DNA of 64,000 nt from Eledone cirrhosa (taxonomy: Eukaryota), in assembly GCA_964016885.1 (NCBI GenBank), contig OZ024741.1, positions 72,974,001 through 73,038,000 on the forward strand, written 5' to 3'. The notes under the pieces are model-generated. The model was not told the origin of the DNA. It saw only the letters and a program-made list of their open reading frames with translations, and did not search any database. A program made the position numbers and the translations under genes. Below, piece after piece: positions 15,438 to 30,777 of this stretch. Position 1 is the stretch's first letter; the number at the start of each line of letters is the position of its first letter.

Positions 15438-15479
<42 letters not shown>

Positions 15480-15839
15480 ACTAACAGTAATAGTAACAAC
15501 GTCTCCAACAACAACAACAACAACAACAACAATAATAATAACAACACTAACAGTAATAGTAACAACGTCTCCAACAACAACAATAACAACAACAACAACA
15601 GCAACAACAACAACAACAATAACAATACTAACAGTAATAGTGACAACGTCTCCAACAACAACAACAACAACAACAACAATAATAATAACAATACTAACAG
15701 TAATAGTAACAACGTCTCCAACAACCACAACAACAACAACAATAACAACACTAACAGTAATAGTAACAACGTCTCCAACAACAACAACAACAACAACAAT
15801 AATAATAACAATACTAACAGCAATAGTAACAACGTCTCC

Positions 15840-15875
<36 letters not shown>

Positions 15876-15907
15876 AACAACACTAACAGTAATAGTAACA
15901 ACGTCTC

Positions 15908-15938
<31 letters not shown>

Positions 15939-16154
15939 AACAACACTAACTGTAATAGTAACAACGTTTCCAACAACAACAACAACAACAACAACAATAA
16001 CAACACTAACAGTAATAGTAACAACGTCTCCAACAACAACAACAACAACAACAATAATAATAACAATACTAACAGTAATAGTAACAACGTCTCCAACAAC
16101 AACAACAACAACAATAATATGAACAATACTAACAGTAATAGTAACAACGTCTCC

Positions 16155-16211
<57 letters not shown>

Positions 16212-16247
16212 AACAACACTAACAGTAATAGTAACAACGTCTCCAGC

Positions 16248-16286
<39 letters not shown>

Positions 16287-16397
16287 AACAACACTAACAG
16301 TAATAGTAACAACGTCTCCAGCAACAACAACAACAACAACAACAATAACAACAACAACAATAACAACACTAACAGTAATAGTAACAACGTCTCCAGC

Positions 16398-16445
<48 letters not shown>

Positions 16446-16556
16446 AACAACACTAACAGTAATAGTAACAACGTCTCCAGCAACAACAACAACAACAACA
16501 ACAATAACAACAACAACAATAACAACACTAACAGTAATAGTAACAACGTCTCCAGC

Positions 16557-16604
<48 letters not shown>

Positions 16605-16640
16605 AACAACACTAACAGTAATAGTAACAACGTCTCCAGC

Positions 16641-16679
<39 letters not shown>

Positions 16680-16790
16680 AACAACACTAACAGTAATAGT
16701 AACAACGTCTCCAGCAACAACAACAACAACAACAACAATAACAACAACAACAATAACAACACTAACAGTAATAGTAACAACGTCTCCAGC

Positions 16791-16826
<36 letters not shown>

Positions 16827-16916
16827 AACAACACTAACAGTAATAGTAACAACGTCTCCAGCAACAACACCAACAACAACAATAACAACACTAACAGTAA
16901 TAGTAACAACGTCTCC

Positions 16917-16964
<48 letters not shown>

Positions 16965-16997
16965 AACAACACTAACAGTAATACTAACAACGTATCC

Positions 16998-17033
<36 letters not shown>

Positions 17034-17303
17034 AACAACACTAACAGTAATAGTAACAACGTATCCAACAACAACAACAGCAATAACAACACTAACAGTA
17101 ATAGTAACAACGTCTCCAACAACAACAACAACAATAACAACAACAACAACAACAATAACAACACTAACAGTAATAGTAACAACGTATCCAACAACAACAA
17201 CAACAATAACAACACTAACAGTAATAGTAACAACGTATCCAACAACAACAACAACAACAACAACACTAACAGTAATTGTAACAACGTCTCCAACAACGTG
17301 TCT

Positions 17304-17340
<37 letters not shown>

Positions 17341-17386
17341 GTAATAGTAACAACGTCTCCAACAACAACAGCAACTACAACAACAA

Positions 17387-17445
<59 letters not shown>

Positions 17446-17881
17446 GTAATAGTAACAACGTCTCCAACAACGTCTCCAACAACAACAACAACAACAACAG
17501 CAACAACAACAACAGTAACAACACTAATAGTAATAGTAAAAACGTCTCCAACAACAACAACAACAACAACAACAATAACAACACTAACAGTAATAGTAAC
17601 AACGTCTCCAACAGCAACAACAACAACAACAATAACAACAACAACAATAACAACACTAACAGTAATAGTAACAACGTCTCCAACAACGTCAACAACGTCT
17701 CCAACAACAACAAAAACAACAACAACAACAAAAACAACATCAACAACAATAACAACAATAACAACAATAACAACAATAACAACAATAACAGTACCAACAC
17801 TAACAGTAATAGTTAGAACGTCTCCAACAACAACAACAACAACAACGGCTCCAACAACAACGACAACAACAACATCAACAA

Positions 17882-17912
<31 letters not shown>

Positions 17913-17935
17913 AACAACAACAACAACAACAACAT
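12080..17935. repeat. Variable-length AAC-based minisatellite
   Basis: Constant core CTAACAGTAATAGTAACAACGTCTCC separated by (AAC/AAT)n of variable length; a related unit at ~11670-11835. Confidence 0.97.
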
Positions 17936-18759
17936 CGCAAAAGTTGGCAGCGTAATGTGATCGGAAGTTACCATGGTAGATTTAGTTTAAAAGTCCGTTG
18001 CCAATTTTGCCTAAGTAAAGAATTATTCATATTATCTTAAGACATTTATGGATTAAAGTAGCGATTAGAGATGTAGACACATCTCAAAATATTTATTCTC
18101 CAATTATGTACAGCCCTCCGAAATAGCTGCTTTTCTATGTATTCCACCTGGTTAAATATTCAAGAAATTTGGAACAAAATGAATCTTCTCACCCACCTAT
18201 GAATTTAAATATTTGAAAGATAACTAAATATGGTTATTTAGGCTCGGAAAGGAGCCTATCGTTAGATAAGACCAAGGAAACTATGCAACTTCTTGTAGCA
18301 TAAGGTAGGGTTTGAACTCGGAATGCAAAGATCGGGTCATATATTATCCTGCCGAACATTTTAACAATTCCACAAATTCATCAACCTGAGACTGGGACGT
18401 TATTTATTGACCCTGAAAAGATGAAAGGCAAAGTTGTCCCGTATACTAACACCCACTAACACCTCTTCATCAAACTACACACACACCAGTACACCACACT
18501 CCCTCCATAGAACCACACACACCCTTCTCTCCCCACTCCACCTCACCCTCGCTCCACACTCACTCATCCCACTAACACCCCTACTAATACACACACACAC
18601 ACACACACCCTCCTCACTCCAACTTTCACACCTCCCCATCCTCGCCCCCTACCATTCCACTGACTGCTGCTGTGCCCTCTGGCCACCTCCCAGCACCAAC
18701 AGACCACAGCACTCCCACTGCTGACCACTTTCTGTTGCGCGCGCACCCCACATCTCTCC

Positions 18760-19565
18760 TCTTCCGACCACCACTTCATGGATTACCCACACGCAGAATT
18801 TGACTTACAAACAATCTACTGAACATCCTTGGAACTTACCAACTTTTCAACCATCCTCTTGCGTAATCACCTATATAACTCACCCGCACCCCCCCCCCCA
18901 AAAAATGTTTTTCTCCACACGCCACCCACACCCACAACACGCTTAAACCCCACACACACGTGCTTCCCACCACATATTTACACCCTCAGCCTCCTGATTC
19001 CACTCCACCCACCCCCTATCCACACACGCACAGACACTCCGACCCACAAAAACACCCCCCACACACACCCCTTCCTGAACATGCAACCCCGTTTTTCCCC
19101 CAACCCTTACTTTCACATACACACACACACACACACACGCACACCTACACACACACACCAGCTTCAGCCCTCCCTGCTCGGACACCCCGTCTCCATCTCC
19201 CCACTCCACCCGCCACCACCCCTACTCACTCCACACCCTTCCACCACCTGTTTACCCCCCTTTTAATTTCAGTTTATTTTGATCATGCCTTTATTTTTAA
19301 ATTTTCTCATTCCTTGTATTTTGATCATGCTTTATTTTTATTTTTTATCTTTATTTGTTTTTTTTCATTCGCACCGTTTCCTTTCGCTATATGTCTCTCC
19401 ACCACTCCCCTACACACCTTTTGAACTCTGTTCCCACACACTTCTCACCTGAGGAAGGGCTTATGCCCGAAACGTCGTCCCCCACCTAACCCCCACTCTC
19501 CTGAGCGTGAAATTAATAAATATTTATTGTACTGCCTCTCTGTTTTGTCCCTGTTCAAATTTTTC

Positions 19566-19570
<5 letters not shown>
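18760..19570 (+). mobile_element. Decayed Penelope-like 3' end (pseudo-LTR with hammerhead motif)
   Basis: C/A-rich UTR-like tract, HHR core at 19447-19478, aataaa, T-rich end abutting (TA)n. Confidence 0.5.
19447..19478 (+). ncRNA. Minimal type I hammerhead ribozyme (family H1), stem I degenerate
   Basis: ac-CTGAGGA-a-gggc[ttat]gccc-GAAA-cg-TC-gt; only 2 bp of stem I remain. Confidence 0.55.
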
Positions 19571-19600
<30 letters not shown>

Positions 19601-19604
<4 letters not shown>

Positions 19605-19986
19605 TAAGAGGAATTCCAACATTGTCTGATTTACTCGTTTTATTTACAATCCTTTAAAATATATATAATGGTATTATAATGAAATAGTATGATAGAATAT
19701 TAAATTCTAAGTGTTAATTGAACAAGTACTTTCATGCTTTCGCAATCTTCAGGTTCATGATATGTGGTGACAGTCGAGTTTGCAATTTTCAACTGTGAAA
19801 ATTGCAAACTCGACTGTCACCACATATCATGAACCTGAAGATTGCGAAAGCATGAAAGTACTTGTTCAATTAACACTTAGAATTTAATATTCTATCATAC
19901 TATTTCATTATAATACCATTATATATATTTTAAAGGATTGTAAATAAAACGAGTAAATCAGACAAAGTTGGAATTCCTCTTAATAA
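19601..19986. repeat. Near-perfect fold-back palindrome, ~190-bp arms, 4-nt loop, one HHR per arm
   Basis: 19601-19791 is the reverse complement of 19796-19986; only two mismatches seen, both near the outer ends; loop actg. Confidence 0.95.
19830..19868 (+). ncRNA. Minimal type I hammerhead ribozyme (family H2); mirror copy 19719-19757 (-)
   Basis: tgaac-CTGAAGA-t-tgc[gaaa]gca-t-GAAA-gtac-T-T-gttca; stem III region is the palindrome AGTACT. Confidence 0.75.
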
Positions 19987-20028
19987 TATAATCTTCTATA
20001 CACAATCATACACACCCGTGTATATTTA

Positions 20029-20130
<102 letters not shown>

Positions 20131-20137
20131 CATATAT

Positions 20138-20173
<36 letters not shown>

Positions 20174-20275
20174 AAATTGAGGTTGGTAATGGCACATGGA
20201 ATATATAAGAGACAGGATACTTTTTTGTGAAAAAACATATAATTTTATAAGGTAAGGAAATAATAAAGGGTATAA

Positions 20276-20323
20276 AAAATGACCGGTTTCGATGGGTCTG
20301 CAAAAGCCATCTTTTCAAATGTT
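20276..20323 (-). ncRNA. Hammerhead ribozyme with U3-A8 core (family H3); second copy 25200-25247 (-)
   Basis: at-TTGAAAA-gatgg[cttttgcagac]ccatc-GAAA-ccgg-TC-at; the 5' pLTR copy reads ccgt in place of ccgg. Confidence 0.65.
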
Positions 20324-20687
20324 GATTAATATTAAGAAAAATTAATAATAAGTAGAGTTAAAACTTGAGATTTGAAAATTCAAGTATAAAATTCATTGTG
20401 GGATTTCATAGTAGTTTTCATCTTGGTAGCCGCAAGTTGACTGCTGTGTGCCTTTCTAGTAGTGAAGGAGAAGTTATTTGGGGGTGTGGGTTATTTTATA
20501 AAGGTCAGATTTAGCAATGGCCAGATGGCCAGCTGCTGGTCAGTGAGGGGGGTGGAAGCAATATACATACATATATCTTCCTGTGGTCGGTAGGAGAGGG
20601 TGAGAGTGATAGAAAGGGATTTAGTGCACTTACACCTATATATAAACACATACCTTCATCCACACATACATACATATACATATACAT

Positions 20688-20726
<39 letters not shown>

Positions 20727-20861
20727 CACACATACATACACACACACATACATATACATACACACATACACACACACATATATACACATACACACACATA
20801 TATATATATACACACACACACATATATATACATACACATACATCCAGATACACACGTACAT

Positions 20862-20892
<31 letters not shown>

Positions 20893-21508
20893 CACATATA
20901 TATACACACACCCACACATACATACACACACACACATATATATACATACACACATACAAACACACACGCACACACACACATATATACACATACACACACA
21001 TATATATACACACACACACATATATATATACACATACGCATACATCCAGATACACACATACATACACACACACACACACGCACACACAATACATACATCC
21101 ACATGCACACATACACACACACACACACACATATACACATACATACACCCACACACAGAGAAATGGCCTCCAAATATATATATATACATACATACACATA
21201 TATAGTTAGGACAGTGAAATTAAAATACAAGTCATTCTGATCACATTGAGTTCTTCATGTAGATTGGGCCCCGCAACCGACAGTGGTGAATTATGTGTGC
21301 GCATATATATATAGATATATGTGTGTGCACGTGCAGGGTTTAACATGGATGTGTTGGTCACACAAAGGCATGGTCTGTCAACGAATAAACCTGATTCTAC
21401 AGAATTGGTCTCTGGTCTTTAATAGTAGTGATAATTATATACATGCACACATACAAACACATATATCTGTCACTCCGTGCGTATGTGTGTTTATATTTTA
21501 TGACAATT

Positions 21509-24500
21509 CTATTGGGGTGATAACCCGTTTAGTTTTGGTTTAAATTTGTTAAGGAATAGATTTTCTTTGTTTATTCTTTGTTGCTGTGTGAACGAATCTG
21601 AGCACTTGTAGAAGGGGAAGATTTTAAAGTTGGGTAGTGTCATTCCTGCGCAGTTCGCAATATGGCTGCTCAAGGGGATTTTTCTTGTGTTAGCGTCCCG
21701 GATTTGTTGGCGGTGGATGGTCATTCTTTTGCATAATGAGGTGCCCGTCTGTCCTATGTAGTTGTGTTTGCACCCACCGCAAGTTATTGCGTAAATCAAG
21801 TTCTCCGAGTTGCAGGTGAAATTGTTTTTTACTGTAAATGTTTGGCCATCTTTAAATGTAAATTTTTGTCCTTCGGTGAGGTAGAGGCACGTTCCACAGT
21901 TTGTTCTACCACATTTGGTAACTGTAGGGTTGAGGATTGGTTTGGGTATATTTGGTCCAGTGAGAATGCGTTTTAGTGATTTGGGTTGTCTTTTACTTTT
22001 AAGGATCTTGTGTGTTTCAAGAATAGACTTCATTTTTACATCTTTAAGTAGGATGGGGAGGTTTTTGTGTAGGTGATCAAACATTTCGGTATTTCTGGGG
22101 TTGAAAGTGGATACATATGGCAGGGTGTTGAGTGTGGTTTTCTGTTTTGGATTGTTAAGTTGATGGGGATTTAGGTGTTTTGCCCTGTCTATTCCATTGT
22201 TGATTATTTTAAGTGGAAAGGCTCTTAAGATAAGGGTGTCTTTTAGTTCCTTTAGTCTTTGCTCCCGTTTAGGTGGATCTGATACTATGGTACATATACG
22301 TTTGGCCAAATTGTAAGGAATGTTAAGTTTTGTATGTTTTGGGTGACTTGATGTGAAAAAGAGGTATTGCTTGGAATCTGTGGGTTTATAGAATATATCT
22401 GTATCTAATTTCCCGTCTATTACAGAGATGAGAATATCCAAGAAGGCTAATTCCTTGGGATTGGATTCCATTGTGAATTGTATGTTATTATCTATGTTGT
22501 TTATCATGTTTTTAAACATAGTAAGTGAGTTCATGTCTTCTTGCCATAGGATAAAGCAGTCGTCTAGATATCTTTTCCAATTGGCTTTGAGGTGTGTGTG
22601 GAAAGAGTCTCCAAATAAGAGAAGGGACTGACTGTATATTTGTTGTTCATGGAATCCCATGACTAGGTTGGCATATGTGGGTGCTACTTTCGTGCCCATT
22701 GCCGTACCTGATACTTGTCTGTATGTTGAACCATTGAATGTGAAGTAGTTATTTTGTAGGATAAAGCGGAATCCGTCAGTGATAAAATCTGTGTTGATGC
22801 GTGTCGGTATTTCTGATGGGTGTGTGTTAAGCCAGTATTGGACTGCTGTTATTCCATAGTTGTGGGGGTATGTTTGTGTAGAGGTTTATTACGTCAAAGG
22901 AGACAAGAATTGTATTTGCACTTACTGTTTTAGGGAGGTGTTTCAGCATGTCAAGGTCATCTCGTATGTAGCTCTGTATATGTTGTAGAAAGGGTTTCAG
23001 TAGGATGTCCAGAAAGTTGCTAAGTCTGTGGGTTTCACATGTAGGGCCTGCTATAATTGGCCTGAGTTTTAGGTCTTCTGGTGATGCTAGTTCAATGTAA
23101 TTGTTGGTTGAGGTGTCACATGCATCGTTTATGGGTTTACATTTGTGGAGTTTCGGTAAGCCGTAAAAAGAGCTTGTATTGCATTTGAAGTGGCTTATAT
23201 AGTTAAACTCTTTTGTGGTTAAGCTGTTGCGGTATTTATTCAGTAAGGTCAAAAGGTTCCCCATTGTTTTGGTGTGTTTGTAGTTTTCTGTTTTTTCATA
23301 GTATGTGTTGTTTTCTAAAATGTTAAGTGCGAGGGTCCTATAGTAGTCCGTATTCATAATGACAACAGTACTGCCTTTATCGGCTTCTTTGATAGTTATC
23401 TCAGGGTTGTTTCTAAGTGTGAATAATTCTTCCCATTCGTGTGTAGATAGGTTTGATTTCGTGTGTTTATTTGTAATTTTTTCATAGGGAAAGTTGGTGA
23501 TGTGTTCGCAGTACGTGTCCAGTGCTTTATTTCTTCCCTTTTGTGGGCAGAAATTGCTTTTATTTCTAACCAGTGATTCGTCTTCAGTGTTGGTGTCGTT
23601 GTGGAAGAATTCCGTTAGTCGCAGCTTTCGGCAGTATTCCATGATGTCATCCTTCATTTCGGGGAAGTTTGGTTTACGTGGTGTAGGTGTAAATTTCAGG
23701 CCCTTACTTAAAATGTTGATTTGTGTGTTGGTTAGAGGTGTCTTTGAGAGGTTGATTATTTTTGGTTTCTCCTGAGGGGGGGTGGGGGGGCATCGAGTAT
23801 CCTGGTATTTCAGGCTTTTCCCTAAAAAAGGAATGTAGTTTTGTGTGTGATTATATTTTGTTGGTCTGTTGCGTGTGGGTCTGTAGCTTGTTGTTTCATG
23901 AGGGTGAATGTGATGGTGGGGGTGGTATGTGTTGTGGTTGTTGATGAGCAAGGGTTCTGTTGTTTGTTCATGTGGTCTGGGTGCGTTATTTCTGTGGTAC
24001 AGAGTGTTGAGGTTGGGGGTTTGTCTTTTGTTGGATTGAGGGTGATGTCTGGTGTGGTTGTGGGTAAGTTCTGTTGTGATTTCAAGTGGTCTGGGTGGAT
24101 TTCTTCTGAGGAATGTGGTGTGTGTGTTGTGAGTTGGATCTATGTTATTTCGTCGTTGGTTTATGTAGGGGGCATTTCTACGGAAACCTGTGTTGTGGTG
24201 GTTGGGTGTGTTTCTTTTGGTGTAGTTGGCCGTATTTGGTTTGTGTTGGTGGGGGATGTGCCTGTGGTTAGTGTGTGTTGGGTTTGGTGGTGTAAATGTG
24301 TCTGTTGTAGTTCTTGTTATGTTCAAATGCTTTATAAAGGGGTTACCTGTTTGGTGCGTCCTTTTAAAGTCTTCTTCATATTTGAGGAACCAGTTTTCGG
24401 ATTTTTCCCACCGTTTAAGGGAAATAATTTCTGCATTCTCGCAGTCCTGTTTCCACGATTTGATTAAATTTTGTAAGGTTGTTCCCTCGGCCTTTTTAGT

Positions 24501-25028
24501 GCATTCTTCCTCCATATTTTTATCAGTATCCTTATACTCTTGCTCGTTGGAGGTGGCCCTTAATTTTAGGAGTTCTATTTCCATGTTTATCCTGTTGAGT
24601 GACATTTGTTCACGGAGTTTTCTTTCTGGTTCAGGTTCGTTTGTAATATGTTTTATTTGGAATTTACGTGGTAAAACTATCGGTGTTGAGTTAATCCATT
24701 TTTGGTAAATTCCAGCTTTGTTGAGGTTTTTTATCATATTCCAGAAAGTGAATTTTCTGGTTTTTAGATGTTTTTTCCAGAGGTGTCCCATTTGGTTTTT
24801 GATATGGAGCAATGTCGTCTGTTCTGTGTTGGTATTCATAAGTTTTTCGATGGAGTTGCATACGTTTTGAACGTTTAAATAAATTTGGTTGTCAGTCGGT
24901 GTGGTGGTGTGGGGTATATCCTGTTTTTTTGTCAGAATGGTGAGTTTTCCATTTATCTCTTTTAGGATTTTCAGGATTTCCTCATTTATATTGGAGTTTG
25001 AAGTTGTGTTGTCTTGTTCCAGTGCCAT
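21509..25028 (-). pseudogene. PLE polyprotein (reverse transcriptase + GIY-YIG endonuclease), single frameshift
   Basis: Motifs KGLKF, KEADKG, FYGLPKLHK, LRPIIAG, SFDVINLYTNIP, GTAMGTKVAPTYANL, RYLDD, FLDI, YKPTD, CGRTNCGTC linker, LIYAITC..YIGQT. Removing one base in the G-run at ~22864-22868 joins the 733-aa and 396-aa ORFs. Confidence 0.92.
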
Positions 25029-25439
25029 TTTCCGGATTTGCGTAGGTTAGTATATATGAAAAGTGTAATTTTCTACACAAAACGAAGGTTATATAGAAAA
25101 TTGAGGTTGGTAATGGCACATGGAATATATAAGAGACAGAATACTTTTTTGTGAAAAAACATATAATTTTATAAGGTAAGGAAATAATAAAGGGTATAAA
25201 AAATGAACGGTTTCGATGGGTCTGCAAAAGCCATCTTTTCAAAAGTTGATTAATATTAAGAAAAATTAATAATAAGAAGAGTTAAAACTTGAGATTTGAA
25301 AATTCAAGTATAAAATTCATTGTGGGATTTCATAGTAGTTTTCATCTTGGTAGCCGCAAGTTGACTGCTGTGTGCCTTTCTGGTAGTGAATGAGAAGTTA
25401 TTTTGGGGTGTGGGTTATTTTAAACTCTCAGTCGTTTAC

Positions 25440-25498
<59 letters not shown>

Positions 25499-25597
25499 CG
25501 CTATAGTCACTTATATATTATGGAATACTGTTGGCTTCTTGCTACAATAATTTCTATACTTTTCATTTATATATATATATATGTATATATATATACA

Positions 25598-25631
<34 letters not shown>

Positions 25632-25634
<3 letters not shown>

Positions 25635-26805
25635 TAATATCTAGTAACATATATATACATACAGATGCATATCAATGCTAGCAAATATATAGGTTTTGTC
25701 TTAGTAACATTGTCGTTCAATGCATGCGGTTGCAGAACAATAATATGAGAGACGTAAAATAAGAAAATTATAAAATTAACTTACTTACTAAAATATCACT
25801 TCCAACTAATTAGTTTCTGGAATGGAGTAAATATATTTTCCGAAGAAGATATATAGAAACATTCCGTCGTCAGGGAAGTCTATTCTCATCTAAGTTTCCA
25901 GGCAAAGCGAGGACTCTGGAAACTTATTAAAAAAATAATTCAGTGGATAGGAAATAGCAAAGCGTGGACTGAATTCCTAGCCATTGAGAAAATCACTGCC
26001 TCTGCGTCTGTGGCAAATTCAAAAAGAATCAATCACGTGACCAATGGCTAGGAATTCAGTCCACGATTTGCTATTTCCTATCCACTGAATTATTTTTTTA
26101 ATAAGTTTCCAGAGTCCTCGCTTTGCCTGGAAACTTAGATGAGAATAGACTTCCCTGACGACGGAATGTTTCTATATATCTTCTTCGGAAAATATATTTA
26201 CTCCATTCCAGAAACTAATTAGTTGGAAGTGATATTTTAGTAAGTAAGTTAATTTTATAATTTTCTTATTTTACGTCTCTCATATTATTGTTCTGCAACC
26301 CCATGCATTGAACCACAATGTTACTAAGACAAAACCTATATATTTGCTAGCATTGATATGCATCTGTATGTATATATATGTTACTAGATATTAATTCTTT
26401 ATAATTATCTCCAAATTATTTGTCGAGCAATATTGGCCATGACTGCTGCTATGGTAGTAGGCAGGCCGCTGTCTTATTAGCAAACCACTTTCCACTGATT
26501 GACCTCGATGTCACGTGATTGATTCTTTTTGAATTTGCCACAGACGCAGAGGCAGTGATTTTCTCAATGGCTAGGAATTCAGTCCACGCTTTGCTATTTC
26601 CTATCCACTGAATTATTTTTTTAATAAGTTTCCAGAGTCCCCGCTTTGCCTGGAAACTTAGATGAGAATAGACTTCCCTGACGACGGAATGTTTCTATAT
26701 ATCTTCTTCGGAAAATATATTTACTCCATTCCAGAAACTAATTAGTTGGAAGTGATATTTAAGGAAGTAAGTTAATTTTATAATTTTCTTATTTTACGTC
26801 TCTCA
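25632..26805. mobile_element. Non-coding retrozyme-like element: inverted partial unit plus ~1.5 tandem 523-bp units, three HHRs
   Basis: 25632-26041 is an inverted copy of unit sequence; 26042-26283 recurs 523 bp later; no ORF of 60 aa or more; (TA)n on both sides. Confidence 0.85.
26149..26230 (+). ncRNA. Type I hammerhead ribozyme (family H4); copies 26672-26753 (+) and 25798-25879 (-)
   Basis: acttcc-CTGACGA-c-ggaatg[long loop]cattcc-a-GAAA-ctaattag-T-T-ggaagt; 6-bp stem I, palindromic ACTAATTAGT stem III. Confidence 0.85.
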
Positions 26806-26829
26806 TATATATATATATCTATATATATA

Positions 26830-27112
26830 TATATACAATATAAATAAATGGAAGCCAAAAATAATGGTTGCATTTTAAAAGGGTACGTCAAAGCTTATTT
26901 GTAAAACTGTTATATATTGTATTTTGTCTGATGAAGGCATACCATAATTTAATTTGGTATCCCTGAAATATGAATAATGAAATAAATATGGTTTTATAAA
27001 TATAGTTTCCATTTATTAATATCGTATATCTACTCCAAATACTTGTCGAGTACTTTATATCAGTTATAAAAATATTTACTTGTTGTATCCCAACAATTTT
27101 AAATAGAACTTT

Positions 27113-27115
<3 letters not shown>
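26830..27115 (+). mobile_element. Solo pseudo-LTR-like element with HHR (family H5, 26920-26984)
   Basis: tattttgt-CTGATGA-aggcatacca..tggtatccct-GAAA-tatgaa-TA-atgaaata; relatives at 33744-33925 (-) and 42240-42415 (+); inserted in (TA)n. Confidence 0.75.
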
Positions 27116-27149
<34 letters not shown>

Positions 27150-27299
27150 CCCGCTGACAATATACTTTTTTACCGCCCTTTATCCTTCGATCCCACTCCT
27201 GGCTACCAACAACTCGTGTCTTCCTCCATCTACGAGCTCATCTCTTCCACTCTCCTACCCCCACAGCCACCAACCCTATTGTACACACCCCTCACACAC

Positions 27300-29586
<2,287 letters not shown>

Positions 29587-29590
<4 letters not shown>

Positions 29591-29747
29591 AAAGTAAACA
29601 GAAATAACAACACAATCGGTACAGTATATGGAAGTTATATATTAGGTTAACGCTTGATATAGCAGGAAGAGGGTCTTATCGTTTCGGACGCTACTCCTTC
29701 ATCATAAGAAATAATGAGAAATAAGATAGATTGAGGGGATGGACGAG

Positions 29748-29748
<1 letters not shown>
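29587..29748 (-). repeat. Inverted copy of the H6 pseudo-LTR end facing the first across (TA)n
   Basis: Reverse complement of ~29362-29519; its HHR core is damaged (ATGATGA, GAAACGATA). Confidence 0.88.
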
Positions 29749-29841
<93 letters not shown>

Positions 29842-29936
29842 CTGCTTTATTTTTTACCGGTTTCAGTCAATAGAATGTGGTCTGCTTTCTAGAGTTTTAC
29901 TTCATTCTATTTTTCACACACCATTATTGCCTCCCC

Positions 29937-29968
<32 letters not shown>

Positions 29969-30440
29969 TGTATGTATGTATGTATGTATGTATGTATGTA
30001 TGTATGTATGTTTGAATGTATGTATATATGTATGTTTGTATGTATATATGTGTGTATGTATGTATGTATGTATGTATGTATGTATGTATGTATGTATGTA
30101 TGTATGTATGTATGTATGTATGTTTGAATGTATGTATTTATGTATGTTTGTATGTATGTATGTGTGTATGTATGTGTGTATATATATATGTATGTATGTA
30201 TGAATGTATGTATGTTTGAATGTATGTATTTATGTATGTTTGTATGTATGTATGTGTGTATGTATGTATGTATGTATGTATGTATATATGTATGTATGAA
30301 TGTATGTATGTTTGAATGTATGTATATATGTATGTTTGTATGTATGTATGTGTGTATGTATGTATGTATATATGTATGTGTGTATGTATGTATGCATGCA
30401 TGCATGCATGTGTGTGTGTATGTTTGTGCATGTGCTACTA
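29749..30440. repeat. (TG)n and (TATG)n microsatellites
   Basis: Direct tandem units. Confidence 0.93.
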
Positions 30441-30777
30441 AGTGTGTGCATGTGTGTGTATGCAACGAAATGGGAAAATTTACATCGGCGTGTTTCCGTA
30501 TAGTTTCCGTTTACGAAATTTCTCTCACAAGCTTGTGGTTGACTAAATTGATTGGTTGGTTTCTAGTTGAATGATTCGCATTGGTCAATGCTGGCAGACA
30601 GCTTCACTGGACACGTCATCTAGCTTCATTGTATCATCTGATTGATGGACCGTATTTTTTAAAACTTTCTCTTTGTCAGGCATTTTCTATCTTAAACGCT
30701 CAGTTTTGCTCTTTATTTCCCCCTCCCTATCCCTATCTCAGTTCTTTATTATTGTTATTTCTTTATTTGTGTAACTT

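Larger units (their letters stand above)
20171..25424 (-). mobile_element. Near full-length Penelope-like retroelement (Neptune-type linker) with two direct pseudo-LTRs
   Basis: ~330-bp direct repeats 20171-20497 and 25095-25424 flank an RT + GIY-YIG ORF; simple-repeat flanks. Confidence 0.92.

Noticed and set aside
12080-17935. CRISPR-like constant core with variable spacers
   Set aside because: Spacers are only (AAC)n length variants; eukaryotic context and no cas genes.
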